The translations under genes were made by a program, and so were the position numbers. Positions 7,237-14,771 of a stretch of DNA of 24,914 bases are shown here, piece by piece. The number at the start of each line of letters is the position of its first letter. Position 1 is the stretch's first letter. The stretch comes from an uncultured Candidatus Saccharibacteria bacterium (GTDB taxonomy: Bacteria; Patescibacteriota; Minisyncoccia; Minisyncoccales; UBA10102): positions 1 to 24,914 of the forward strand of contig CAYJRT010000001.1 in the NCBI GenBank assembly GCA_964372895.1, written 5' to 3'. Below the pieces are notes generated by a model, which did no database searches, was not told the DNA's origin, and saw nothing but the letters and a program-made list of their open reading frames with translations.

Positions 7237-7872
7237 ATGCAGATATTCTTTACTTCTCTATTCTGGTTTTTGGTGGCAATTATATTTGCCGCTGTGGAAA
7301 TTGAGGTTGAGGGAAAACATGGTTGGGCAGAGAAAACTTCTACTTGGTTTCGCACAAAAGGTTTTGCTGCAAAACTTTATGGGTTTGTAATGGGCGGCAG
7401 ACCGCTTACAGGCTACCACGGCTTTATGTTCTTTTTGCCTTTATTGGTATTTCACTCACATTTTGTAATGGGTGTGCCATGGTCGTTGGTAAAAGAGCTT
7501 TTGGTATTTGCAATATATTCTGCGTGGATGCCCACCTGGGATTTTCTCTGGTTTGTATTAAATCCGTATTATGGCGTGAAGAAATTCAAAAAACAAAACG
7601 TGTGGTGGCACAGACAAAGCCATTGGCTTTTTAATACCACACCGCTTGATTATCTTTTTGGCTGGGGGTTATCGATTGCGCTTGCAGGATTGGCTGCTTG
7701 GTTGGCATCTGATAATGCGTTACTCTTGAGGCACCTGCATTTCCTTGTGTGGTTTTTCTTTTACACGATTGTAACCATTTTCTTCATAGCGCCTCTTTAC
7801 AAGCGTTGGTATATCAATATGCGCCAACGCGACGACCGCCCAACCTCCGGCATCTTCCATAAGGGAGAATAA
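7237..7872 (+). CDS. Uncharacterised polytopic membrane protein (about 5-6 TM, Trp/aromatic-rich)
   Basis: 211-aa ORF following recR. Hydrophobic segments separated by polar motifs EIEVEGKHGWAE, LTGYH and DFLWFVLNPYYG. Confidence 0.75.
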   Translation: MQIFFTSLFWFLVAIIFAAVEIEVEGKHGWAEKTSTWFRTKGFAAKLYGFVMGGRPLTGYHGFMFFLPLLVFHSHFVMGVPWSLVKELLVFAIYSAWMPTWDFLWFVLNPYYGVKKFKKQNVWWHRQSHWLFNTTPLDYLFGWGLSIALAGLAAWLASDNALLLRHLHFLVWFFFYTIVTIFFIAPLYKRWYINMRQRDDRPTSGIFHKGE

Positions 7873-7884
7873 GTTATTTCGATC

Positions 7885-7920
7885 TGTCGTTAATAACAGC
7901 GATCGCTTGTATTAACGACA
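7885..7920. repeat. 36-bp palindromic repeat 1U (upstream of PaaX/Cas2-like gene 1)
   Basis: TGTCGTTAATA-AC-AGCGATCGCT-TG-TATTAACGACA. 16 of 18 symmetric positions pair; 29/36 identical to 8515-8550. Confidence 0.92.
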
Positions 7921-7934
7921 TGTAGTTTTATAAT
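7907..7934 (+). promoter_or_regulatory. Sigma70-type promoter with -35 inside repeat 1U, probably giving a leaderless mRNA
   Basis: TTGTAT (7907-7912), 16-nt spacer, TATAAT (7929-7934); the ATG follows 6 nt later. Confidence 0.6.
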
Positions 7935-7940
7935 GGAGAT

Positions 7941-8501
7941 ATGAAGCAGTACGGAGAAATTGCAAAACAAATTCTTCTTGTTGTTGGTATTACGGGTGTA
8001 GTGGTAATTGCTGCTGTAGCACCTGGCGCATTACTGGCCGCAAAACCATTTATGCAAAATCGTCAGCGATTTGCCGAAAGGCGTGAAAAGCAAAAAGCCG
8101 TGCGCGCCGTCCAACGACTCCAGAAAAACCGTCTTATCGCTATAAAAGAAGGGAACGGGAACTTTTCTGTTGAACTTACCAAAGAAGGTAAGCGGAAGTT
8201 CAAGGAAATTCAACTCGAAAAACTCAAAATCACAAAGCCTCCGCACTGGGACAAAAGATGGAGGCTTGTTATTTTCGATATTCCCGATAAATCCTTTAAG
8301 CAGGTCCGAGACGTACTGCGAGCGAAACTTAAACAATGGGAATTTTATCCTCTGCAGAAAAGCGTGTGGGTATGCCCATGGCCTTGCGAGAATGAGATAC
8401 AGTTAGTTGCGGAACTGTATGGGGTTGCGTCCTATGTTAACATCGTAGTGGCAGAAAAAATCATTGGTGATGCTTTGCTCCAAAAACATTTCGGTTTATA
8501 G
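7941..8501 (+). CDS. PaaX-like wHTH plus Cas2-like domain protein, copy 1
   Basis: Hydrophobic N-terminal segment, wHTH-like region (AVQRLQKNRLI...ELTKEG), then WDKRWRLVIFDIP..R..LR..L....F..LQKSVWVCP, typical of the PaaX central/Cas2-like fold. Ends HFGL. Confidence 0.8.
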   Translation: MKQYGEIAKQILLVVGITGVVVIAAVAPGALLAAKPFMQNRQRFAERREKQKAVRAVQRLQKNRLIAIKEGNGNFSVELTKEGKRKFKEIQLEKLKITKPPHWDKRWRLVIFDIPDKSFKQVRDVLRAKLKQWEFYPLQKSVWVCPWPCENEIQLVAELYGVASYVNIVVAEKIIGDALLQKHFGL

Positions 8502-8514
8502 CCCGCATTATGTT

Positions 8515-8550
8515 TGTCGTTAGTGACAGCGATCGCTGTTTTAAGCGACA
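8515..8550. repeat. 36-bp palindromic repeat 1D (downstream of PaaX/Cas2-like gene 1)
   Basis: TGTCGTTAGTGACAGCGATCGCTGTTTTAAGCGACA, with a perfect 14-bp core palindrome ACAGCGATCGCTGT and TGTCG/CGACA ends. Direct repeat of 7885-7920. Confidence 0.92.
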
Positions 8551-8583
8551 TAACGATATTTATTCTTCTCTTTTTTGTGCATA

Positions 8584-8647
8584 AGAAAACCGTCCTTTGA
8601 TTACAGTTCACCGCGAGTTCGCTGCAAGCTGCTCGGGACGGTTTTCT
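8584..8647. repeat. 12-bp inverted repeat enclosing 40 nt immediately after the rplU stop (REP-like or possible terminator)
   Basis: AGAAAACCGTCC (8584-8595) and GGACGGTTTTCT (8636-8647). Confidence 0.8.
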
Positions 8648-8968
8648 CTACTTTGTTTCGATAGAGGTGATTTGGATTTCAGAGTAAGGCTGGCGATGGC
8701 CTTTTTTGGTGCGTTCACGTTTTTTAGCTTTAAATTTAAATACTACGACTTTCTTGCCTTTTCCCTGCTCTAAAATTTTGCCTCTTACTTTAACACCTTG
8801 CACAAGCGGCGCACCAACCTCGAGGCCCTTGTCGTTTTGAAGCAATAATACCTCTGAAAATTCAACATCGCTCCCCTCTTCTTGAGCGAGTTTTTCTATT
8901 TTAATTCTTCTGCCAGGAGAAACTATGTATTGTTTTCCTCCTGTTTTTATAACCGCTATTTCTGGCAT
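8648..8968 (-). CDS. rplU: 50S ribosomal protein bL21
   Basis: AVIKTGGKQYIVSPG...GKGKKVVVFKFKAKKR..TKKGHRQPYSEIQITSI. Confidence 0.97.
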   Translation of the reverse strand: MPEIAVIKTGGKQYIVSPGRRIKIEKLAQEEGSDVEFSEVLLLQNDKGLEVGAPLVQGVKVRGKILEQGKGKKVVVFKFKAKKRERTKKGHRQPYSEIQITSIETK

Positions 8969-8977
8969 ACGAAATCT

Positions 8978-9005
8978 AGTATAGCTGAAATGGAGAGAAA
9001 GTCAA
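8978..9005 (-). promoter_or_regulatory. Sigma70-type promoter of rplU
   Basis: TTGACT (9005-9000), 16-nt spacer, TATACT (8983-8978); ATG 9 nt downstream of the -10. Confidence 0.7.
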
Positions 9006-9010
9006 CTGAG

Positions 9011-9084
9011 ATGGGAGCAGCCGGCTGAGCGAAGTTCGGGCTGGCGGTGGGTAGGGCGGACGAAGCGAAGACGGCTGCTCCCAT
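9011..9084. repeat. 13-bp perfect inverted repeat enclosing 48 nt with an internal REP-like hairpin, after the rmuC stop
   Basis: ATGGGAGCAGCCG (9011-9023) and CGGCTGCTCCCAT (9072-9084). The interior contains CTGAGCGAAGTTCGGG and CGAAGCGAAG. Confidence 0.82.
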
Positions 9085-9090
9085 GCTGTA

Positions 9091-10122
9091 TTATTCGTCG
9101 CTTTCTGGTTTTGGGAGTTGGAGAGTTTCTATTTCGCTGGATTGGCCGGTGATTTTAACAATATCTTTATCTACTTTGCCGAGTTCTTTGTAAGCAGTAT
9201 TGTACGTATTTACCGTAGTGCCCAAGTGATTGCCGAGCTTTTTCATGTAGCCCTCGTAAGAAGCTAAATGGCGCTGAAGATCTTCCACGCGCCTGCGAAT
9301 TTCTTTTGCAGATTCTTCAATTTGCAGTGCTTTTAACCCTTGGAGAACGGTTTGCAAGTACGCAAGAAATGAAGTGGGCGAAACAATGATTACCCGATAT
9401 TTGCCCGCCGCTCTTTGTACAAGATTTTCTGTATCGTCTTCAAGCGCGCCTATTTTGTTGATAAGAAGATCGTAATAAATGGCTTCGTGCGGTATGAACA
9501 TAAAGGCAAAATCAGTGGTGCCTTGTTCGGGTTGAATATATTTGGAAGTTTCGAGGATTCGATTTTTCAAATCGTTCACAAAGAGTTTTTCAAGGCGATC
9601 GCGCTCTACTTGTTCGTGTGTCTCGACAATGCGATTGTAATTCTCGAGAGAGAATTTAGAATCAATCGGTATGGTTTTGTCTTTCACAAACACTACTGCG
9701 TCCACAATGGTTCCATTGGGAAATCTATATTGCATTTGGTAAGAGCCCGGCGGCATCACGTTTTTAAGAAGGGTTTCCAAGTAGTATTCTCCCAACACTC
9801 CCCGCTGTTTTGGATTTTTCAAAATATCTTGAAGATTTTTGAGCTGGTCGGTAATGTTCATTACCTGTTTTTGCCCTTCGCTTACGCGCGTGAGCTCTTG
9901 GGTAATGCTCTGAATAAGCTTTGCCGATTCTGAATACTGTTGCTGGAACATTTGCGCAGAAGTGCCAAGTTTTTCGTCGATGGTTTTGCGCAAATCCTGC
10001 AATTGGTTTTGAATAAGCAGCATATCTTGGTCCCCACTCCCCTTTTTTGTGCTTCGCTGCCATATCAAAAACACCACAACTCCTAAAATGGCAATACCCA
10101 TAATGTACAAAATATCTTGCAT
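9091..10122 (-). CDS. rmuC: DNA recombination protein RmuC
   Basis: N-terminal TM helix and coiled coil, NPKQRGVLGEYYLETLL, VDAVV...IPIDSKFSL, DFAFMFIPHEAIY and VIIVSPTSFLAYL. Confidence 0.93.
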   Translation of the reverse strand: MQDILYIMGIAILGVVVFLIWQRSTKKGSGDQDMLLIQNQLQDLRKTIDEKLGTSAQMFQQQYSESAKLIQSITQELTRVSEGQKQVMNITDQLKNLQDILKNPKQRGVLGEYYLETLLKNVMPPGSYQMQYRFPNGTIVDAVVFVKDKTIPIDSKFSLENYNRIVETHEQVERDRLEKLFVNDLKNRILETSKYIQPEQGTTDFAFMFIPHEAIYYDLLINKIGALEDDTENLVQRAAGKYRVIIVSPTSFLAYLQTVLQGLKALQIEESAKEIRRRVEDLQRHLASYEGYMKKLGNHLGTTVNTYNTAYKELGKVDKDIVKITGQSSEIETLQLPKPESDE

Positions 10123-10130
10123 TGTTTTGT

Positions 10131-11117
10131 TTAAGACATAGTTCTTACAATAATTTCCCCAACCATAAATGCAATATACAAGGCTAAAAGAAATACTGCT
10201 TCTTTGCGCGTAATGGTATGTCCGGTGCGCAGAAATACAAGGAAAAAGAGCGCAGACGCGAGCAAGAAAATACGCGCCAAAGCAAAGGGAGAAAAGTTGT
10301 CTATGGAGATCGGGTGAATAAGCGCTACAATTCCTAAGACCAGCGTTGCCATTACAATAATAGACCCCAGTAAATCGCCCAAAATGATTCTACTATTTCC
10401 TCTTTTTGCAGCCACAATGGTAAAGTAAATTTCAGGTAAGGCCGAACCTAGTCCCAATACGAGAATTCCTACAGTTACCATGGGAATGCGGAATTCTGCG
10501 ACAAAAAACTGTATCGTGTGGACTATTCCTTGCGCAGATCCCACGAGAAGCAGGAGCGCTGCAAATGTTTTGAAAACGCTCTGGATAAATCGGTGAAAGC
10601 GCGCAAACGTTTCAACTTGTTTGTTGGGTGATTCTGTGCGGTTACTGGGGTTAAAGATTTGTGTATATTCCTGGCGATTGGAAAAAAGCCAGATGCTGTA
10701 GAGTATAAATATGAGCAAGAGCGCAAGAGCATCTCCTCTCCCCAATTCTTTATCTAAGATAAGCAAAAGCGGCAAGATCGCAATAAAAATAGTAAAGAGA
10801 AGAGATTTTTGAATAAGCGGACCGTCTGCTTTTAATTCTTTGCCTACGAATACGGCAATTGCCGCAACGAGCGTAAAGTCTACCACGCTATTGCCCACGA
10901 TATCGCCAAAAGAAAGCTCGGGAATGCCGTCGAACGCGGCAATAATGCCCACGAAAAGATTGGGAAATGAAGCCACAATTGCCATTACGAAAAACGTAAC
11001 AACAAATTCCTTCCATTGAAGGTATCGCGCAATTTGCGTAATACTCCCCACGAGCCAGCTTACGGCCCAAAGCAAAAGAAAGCCTGAAAAAAGAAAAAGC
11101 AGCGAATAAAACAACAT
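10131..11117 (-). CDS. Sodium:calcium (CaCA, YrbG-like) antiporter
   Basis: Two alpha-repeats (ASFPNLFVGI..GDIVGNS and GSALPEIYFTI..GDLLGS) and about 10 TM helices. Start moved to ATG 11117 because the track's TTG start overlaps a TATAAT. Confidence 0.9.
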   Translation of the reverse strand: MLFYSLLFLFSGFLLLWAVSWLVGSITQIARYLQWKEFVVTFFVMAIVASFPNLFVGIIAAFDGIPELSFGDIVGNSVVDFTLVAAIAVFVGKELKADGPLIQKSLLFTIFIAILPLLLILDKELGRGDALALLLIFILYSIWLFSNRQEYTQIFNPSNRTESPNKQVETFARFHRFIQSVFKTFAALLLLVGSAQGIVHTIQFFVAEFRIPMVTVGILVLGLGSALPEIYFTIVAAKRGNSRIILGDLLGSIIVMATLVLGIVALIHPISIDNFSPFALARIFLLASALFFLVFLRTGHTITRKEAVFLLALYIAFMVGEIIVRTMS

Positions 11118-11123
11118 AGTTCT

Positions 11124-11129
11124 ATTATA
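11124..11129 (-). promoter_or_regulatory. -10 hexamer TATAAT, 6 nt upstream of the antiporter ATG (leaderless-type)
   Basis: Perfect TATAAT on the minus strand. No convincing -35. Confidence 0.5.
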
Positions 11130-11168
11130 CAAAAGAAAGTTCCATTAGAAAACTTCGAGATTTTACGG

Positions 11169-11243
11169 CGCCCTTATGGGGATTCGAACCCCAGTTACCA
11201 GGTTGAGAACCTGGCGTCCTGGACCAGGCTAGACGATAAGGGC
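11169..11243 (-). tRNA. tRNA-Glu(CTC)
   Basis: GCCCTTA/TAAGGGC acceptor, CCAGG-TTCTCAA-CCTGG anticodon arm, TGGGG-TTCGAAT-CCCCA T-arm. Confidence 0.95.
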
Positions 11244-11295
11244 TTAAAGCAAACTGCTAAAATCGCCCAGGGTCAAGATATCACACTCCCCCGCT

Positions 11296-12966
11296 TTATT
11301 CAACCTGATAATCCGGCGGAATCTGATAGTAATCAATAATATATTTGGCGAGCTCGCGAAACAGAGGAACCGCAGAATATTCGGCAGTTTTTGTGGCAGG
11401 GTTGTCGAGTTTTACTACAATAAGAAATTTTGGGTCAAAGGCAGGCGTGTATCCCACAAACGATTGAATGGTTTTGTCTGAATAACCTGATTTTGCTACA
11501 CCCAAAGCAGACCAAGAAATTTGAGCAGTGCCAGTTTTCCCTGCGACATAATACCCGGGAATTTGGGCGGCTTTTCCAAACCCGTTTTGAACAACGTTGA
11601 CAAGCATAGAAGTAACTTGGGAGGCGGTTTTCGATTGTATAACTTGCTCTTGGCTTTTCTCATTTTGATGGCCTTTAACCACAAAAGGGGAGACAAGCAC
11701 TCCATCGTTTGCAATTGCAGAAAAAGCTTTTGCAAGTTGGAGAGGCGTCATTTCAATGCCCTGACCAAAAGAGGCAGTGGCAAAGTTAATTTCATATCCT
11801 TTCTTAAATTCTGCATTTCTTGAAAATACTTCTCCCGCAAGATCAACATTAACTGGCTCAAAAATGCCGAATTTTTCTATATATTCAAGAAAGTTTTCAT
11901 GCCCAAGTTTTCGTTCTGCAAACACTGCTCCTGTGTTAATGGAATATTCCAATACTTCGATCATAGTGCGTTCTCCCCATGTGCGCTGGTCGTAATTATA
12001 GATTGTTCTGCCGCCAATTTTCACCATACCTTTGTCTTGATACACTGTTTCGGGAGTTATTGCTCCTGCGTCGATAGCTGCTGCCATGGTAATTGGTTTG
12101 AACACAGATCCAGGTTCATGTATTTTTTGGATTGCGGGGTTTTGGAATATTTCAATGTTTGTTACCTTTGCATAAGAGTTCGGATCAAACGTAGGGGTAT
12201 TGGCGAGAGCAAGAATTTTACCTGTGCGAGGCTCCATAACAATAATTGTTCCTCCTTGAATTCCAAGATTTTCATGCGCTTTTCCCAAGAGCGATTCTGA
12301 TACCGATTGAATATTGTAATCAAGCGTGAGAATAATGTCTTTACCATCTTGGCTTCCATTGGCAAAAGTTGCCAAGAGATAATTTGCGGGGTTCTTTGCT
12401 CCAATTTTTACGCCTTCTTGGCCATCCAGTATGTTGTTATAGTATTCCTCGATGCCGTACTGGCCATTGCCGTCTTGATTGGTAAAACCTGTAACATGAG
12501 CAGCGAGTGCTTCTTGAGGATATGAACGCACTTGCTCTTCTCCTATATAGACACCTGGGAGTTTGAGATTTTGTATGTCTTGAACTTGGGTTTGTGAAAT
12601 GCGTTTTCTTAAAACTTCAAAAAGACTATCCTGGTTTTGAAGCTTGGAAAAAACAAAGTCTTGTTCGAGTTGGAGAATTTCAGCGAGTTTTACCGCAGTT
12701 TCTTGGTGATTTTTTACTTCTGCCGGAGAAACAAAAGCAAAAGGGATTCTCTGGTTGGAAGCCAAAGTATAGAGATTGTTATTTTTATCCTGCACATAGA
12801 GCGTACCTCTTTCGCCTTTCGCAAACAAATGTATGTTTTGTTGGCCTTGGGCAAGCGCTTTATAAAAACCTTCATGCACAATTTGCAAAAAAACAAGGCG
12901 CCCCACCATGAGTGCGCCAAATGCGAAGAGAAGCAATAATACAACATTTGTTCTCCAATACTTCAT
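11296..12966 (-). CDS. ftsI: Class B penicillin-binding protein (FtsI/PBP2-type)
   Basis: TM anchor, RG.(I)Y dimerisation domain, RSYP, GQYGIEEYYN, EPGSVFK (SxxK), SINTG (SxN) and KTGTAQ. Follows mraZ-rsmH-ftsL. Confidence 0.88.
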   Translation of the reverse strand: MKYWRTNVVLLLLFAFGALMVGRLVFLQIVHEGFYKALAQGQQNIHLFAKGERGTLYVQDKNNNLYTLASNQRIPFAFVSPAEVKNHQETAVKLAEILQLEQDFVFSKLQNQDSLFEVLRKRISQTQVQDIQNLKLPGVYIGEEQVRSYPQEALAAHVTGFTNQDGNGQYGIEEYYNNILDGQEGVKIGAKNPANYLLATFANGSQDGKDIILTLDYNIQSVSESLLGKAHENLGIQGGTIIVMEPRTGKILALANTPTFDPNSYAKVTNIEIFQNPAIQKIHEPGSVFKPITMAAAIDAGAITPETVYQDKGMVKIGGRTIYNYDQRTWGERTMIEVLEYSINTGAVFAERKLGHENFLEYIEKFGIFEPVNVDLAGEVFSRNAEFKKGYEINFATASFGQGIEMTPLQLAKAFSAIANDGVLVSPFVVKGHQNEKSQEQVIQSKTASQVTSMLVNVVQNGFGKAAQIPGYYVAGKTGTAQISWSALGVAKSGYSDKTIQSFVGYTPAFDPKFLIVVKLDNPATKTAEYSAVPLFRELAKYIIDYYQIPPDYQVE

Positions 12967-13247
12967 TGACTTTGAGCTACGAGTCCATTTGGCAATCTGA
13001 TGTACGTAATAGAGGTTACTTTTTCAAAGTTGCGAAACGAGGCTAACTCTTGGAGTTTTAAGAGCGGTACTGCCCGATACGCTTGGGTTTGAAGTGCCGT
13101 ATTTTGGTGTTTGAGTTGAACAACCTGTTGCTCTGTTTCTGCTATGCGCCATGCCAACGCAGTAGTTGAATTGAGTTGCACGACATAGAGAACGATTACC
13201 AGTACTCCGAACATCATTCCGCATGACAATACTATTTTCTTTTTCAT
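12963..13247 (-). CDS. FtsL-like bitopic coiled-coil protein
   Basis: 94 aa: basic N-terminus, one TM helix and a short coiled coil. ATGA overlaps with both rsmH and ftsI, in the canonical ftsL position. Confidence 0.7.
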   Translation of the reverse strand: MKKKIVLSCGMMFGVLVIVLYVVQLNSTTALAWRIAETEQQVVQLKHQNTALQTQAYRAVPLLKLQELASFRNFEKVTSITYIRLPNGLVAQSQ

Positions 13248-14122
13248 ATCTTTATAGCTGCGCGCAGCTTTGCAGATCGCGCTCTACGGTTTTTCTTTAT
13301 TTCGTCTTGCGACGGTGTAATCGGCTTTTTGGTCATTTGAGTGAGTTCCGGTGTTGATTTGAAGAATTCTTTTACGATTCGATCTTCTAACGAGTGAAAC
13401 GAAATAATCCCGAGCCTTCCTTGAGACGCAAGAATATCGGTTGCGCCTCGGAGTCCCTGTTTGAGATTTTCAATTTCGTTGTTTACTGCTACGCGAAGCG
13501 CTTGAAATGTTTTCGTTGCAGGGTGAATTTTCTTTCGGTGATACCACTTGGGCGTGGCTTCCTCTACGACGATCACTAATTGGGAAGTTTTTTGCAAATG
13601 CTCTTGCGCTCTGCTTTGCACAATGGCTTGCGCTATTTCTTTGGCAAATTGTTCTTCGCCGTATGTTTCTAAAATCTCCTCTAGTTGCGCTTTGCTGCTC
13701 CAGTTAAGAATTTTTTCTGCAGTAACAGGATTTGTTGGGTTATAACGCATATCGAGCGGTCCTTCTTTGCGAAAAGAAAATCCTCTTTGCCGGTTTTCCA
13801 ACTGATCAGAAGAGAGTCCTAAGTCGAACAAAATTCCGTGTACTGGAGAGAACTTTTCTTGGCGTGCAATTTCTCTAATGTCGGCGAAATTCCCTTCTCT
13901 TAATACGAGCCTGTTTTGGGATTTGGATTTTGGGATTTGGGTTTTGAGAAGCTGGATTGTACCGGGATCCCAGTCAATCGCCAAAACTTTCCCTTTTGGT
14001 GCCGTGCGTTCGAGTATCGCTAAGGTGTGTCCGCCACTTCCTGCTGTGCAATCAATAAAATTCTCATTGGGCTGGGGATCCAGATACTCCAGAACTTTTC
14101 CTTGTAATACCGGAATGTGCAT
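13244..14122 (-). CDS. rsmH: 16S rRNA C1402 N4-methyltransferase
   Basis: HIPVL, DCTAGSGGH, FDLGLSSDQL..RGFSF..GPLDMR, HPATKTFQALRVAVNNE, ISFHSLEDRIVK and RARSAKLR. Confidence 0.97.
   Translation of the reverse strand: MHIPVLQGKVLEYLDPQPNENFIDCTAGSGGHTLAILERTAPKGKVLAIDWDPGTIQLLKTQIPKSKSQNRLVLREGNFADIREIARQEKFSPVHGILFDLGLSSDQLENRQRGFSFRKEGPLDMRYNPTNPVTAEKILNWSSKAQLEEILETYGEEQFAKEIAQAIVQSRAQEHLQKTSQLVIVVEEATPKWYHRKKIHPATKTFQALRVAVNNEIENLKQGLRGATDILASQGRLGIISFHSLEDRIVKEFFKSTPELTQMTKKPITPSQDEIKKNRRARSAKLRAAIKI
13911..13945 (-). repeat. Five tandem degenerate heptamers in frame in rsmH
   Basis: Coding strand AAAACCC AAATCCC AAAATCC AAATCCC AAAACAG, encoding KTQIPKSKSQNR. Confidence 0.75.
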
Positions 14123-14142
14123 GGTGCAACCCTTCCAGACAT

Positions 14143-14574
14143 TTATATCCCTAGTTCTTTTAACCGTTCTGCCATATCCCCTATTTCTCTTTCAATTCGG
14201 TTTTTATACACCTCCCATTTTTGTTCGTCCCAGATTTCAATTCGATTGTACACGCCAGCGACAACAATTTTTTTCTGGAGCGACGCATATTCTTTTAAGT
14301 AATCAGGAACCAGAATTCTTCCGAGTTTATCCAGGTCTGCTTCCATTGCGCCAGCCAGCATTAATCGCGCAAATCCTCGAGCGTCTGCCTGCGCCAAGGG
14401 CAAGTTGCTTAACTTATTTGCCAGTATTTTCCACTCCCCAAATGAGTATACAAAAAGACATTGATCTAATCCGCGCGTCACTACTGCCCTTGCTCCAAGA
14501 GTTTTTCGAAATTTGGCGGGGATTGCAAATCGATTCTTTTCGTCTATGGAATATGTATATTCACCTAAAAACAT
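14143..14574 (-). CDS. mraZ: Division/cell-wall cluster transcriptional repressor MraZ
   Basis: MFLGEYTYSIDEKNRFAIPAKFR, RGLDQCLFVY, DKLGRILVP and GVYNRIEIW. Confidence 0.96.
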   Translation of the reverse strand: MFLGEYTYSIDEKNRFAIPAKFRKTLGARAVVTRGLDQCLFVYSFGEWKILANKLSNLPLAQADARGFARLMLAGAMEADLDKLGRILVPDYLKEYASLQKKIVVAGVYNRIEIWDEQKWEVYKNRIEREIGDMAERLKELGI

Positions 14575-14604
14575 GAGACTTTTCCACAGTTTAGCTTACT
14601 TTTC

Positions 14605-14629
14605 CCCACTTTTATCCACAATCATCCAC
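14605..14629 (-). promoter_or_regulatory. MraZ operator (three GTGG[A/G] boxes at 10-bp period)
   Basis: The minus strand reads GTGGA-TGATT-GTGGA-TAAAA-GTGGG, matching the known GTGGG-N5 repeat operator, just downstream of the predicted promoter. Confidence 0.8.
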
Positions 14630-14638
14630 CAATGCTTC

Positions 14639-14668
14639 AATATATCCCACCAATGACCCCCTCGTCAA
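14639..14668 (-). promoter_or_regulatory. Candidate promoter of the mraZ operon
   Basis: TTGACG (14668-14663), 18-nt spacer, TATATT (14644-14639). Confidence 0.55.
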
Positions 14669-14697
14669 CCACTTACTTTTCCACAGCGATTAAGATT

Positions 14698-14721
14698 AAA
14701 AGACCCGCTTTTTACGCGGGC
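14698..14721 (-). terminator. Candidate intrinsic terminator downstream of the Clp-like gene
   Basis: Minus strand GCCCGC-GTAAAAA-GCGGGT followed by CTTTT. Confidence 0.55.
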
Positions 14722-14771
14722 AAAATTGCGAGTGTATGTTTAATATGTTTAACGCCGGGCTTTAAACATTT

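Larger units (their letters stand above)
14580..14685 (+). promoter_or_regulatory. Three matches to the DnaA-box consensus TTWTNCACA
   Basis: TTTTCCACA 14580-14588, TTATCCACA 14612-14620 (perfect) and TTTTCCACA 14677-14685, all in the same orientation. Confidence 0.45.

Noticed and set aside
11159-11264. Inverted repeat around tRNA-Glu (GATTTTA/TAAAATC)
   Set aside because: Only 7 bp, AT-rich and asymmetrically placed; not comparable to the tRNA-Val repeat.
9415-14576. ORFs 9415-9933 and 13878-14576, among others
   Set aside because: Antisense shadows of rmuC, rsmH and mraZ.
14746-14768. TGTTTAA-N9-TTAAACA palindrome with TGT/ACA ends
   Set aside because: Only 23 bp with no CGATCG core, so it was not counted as a cassette-type repeat.
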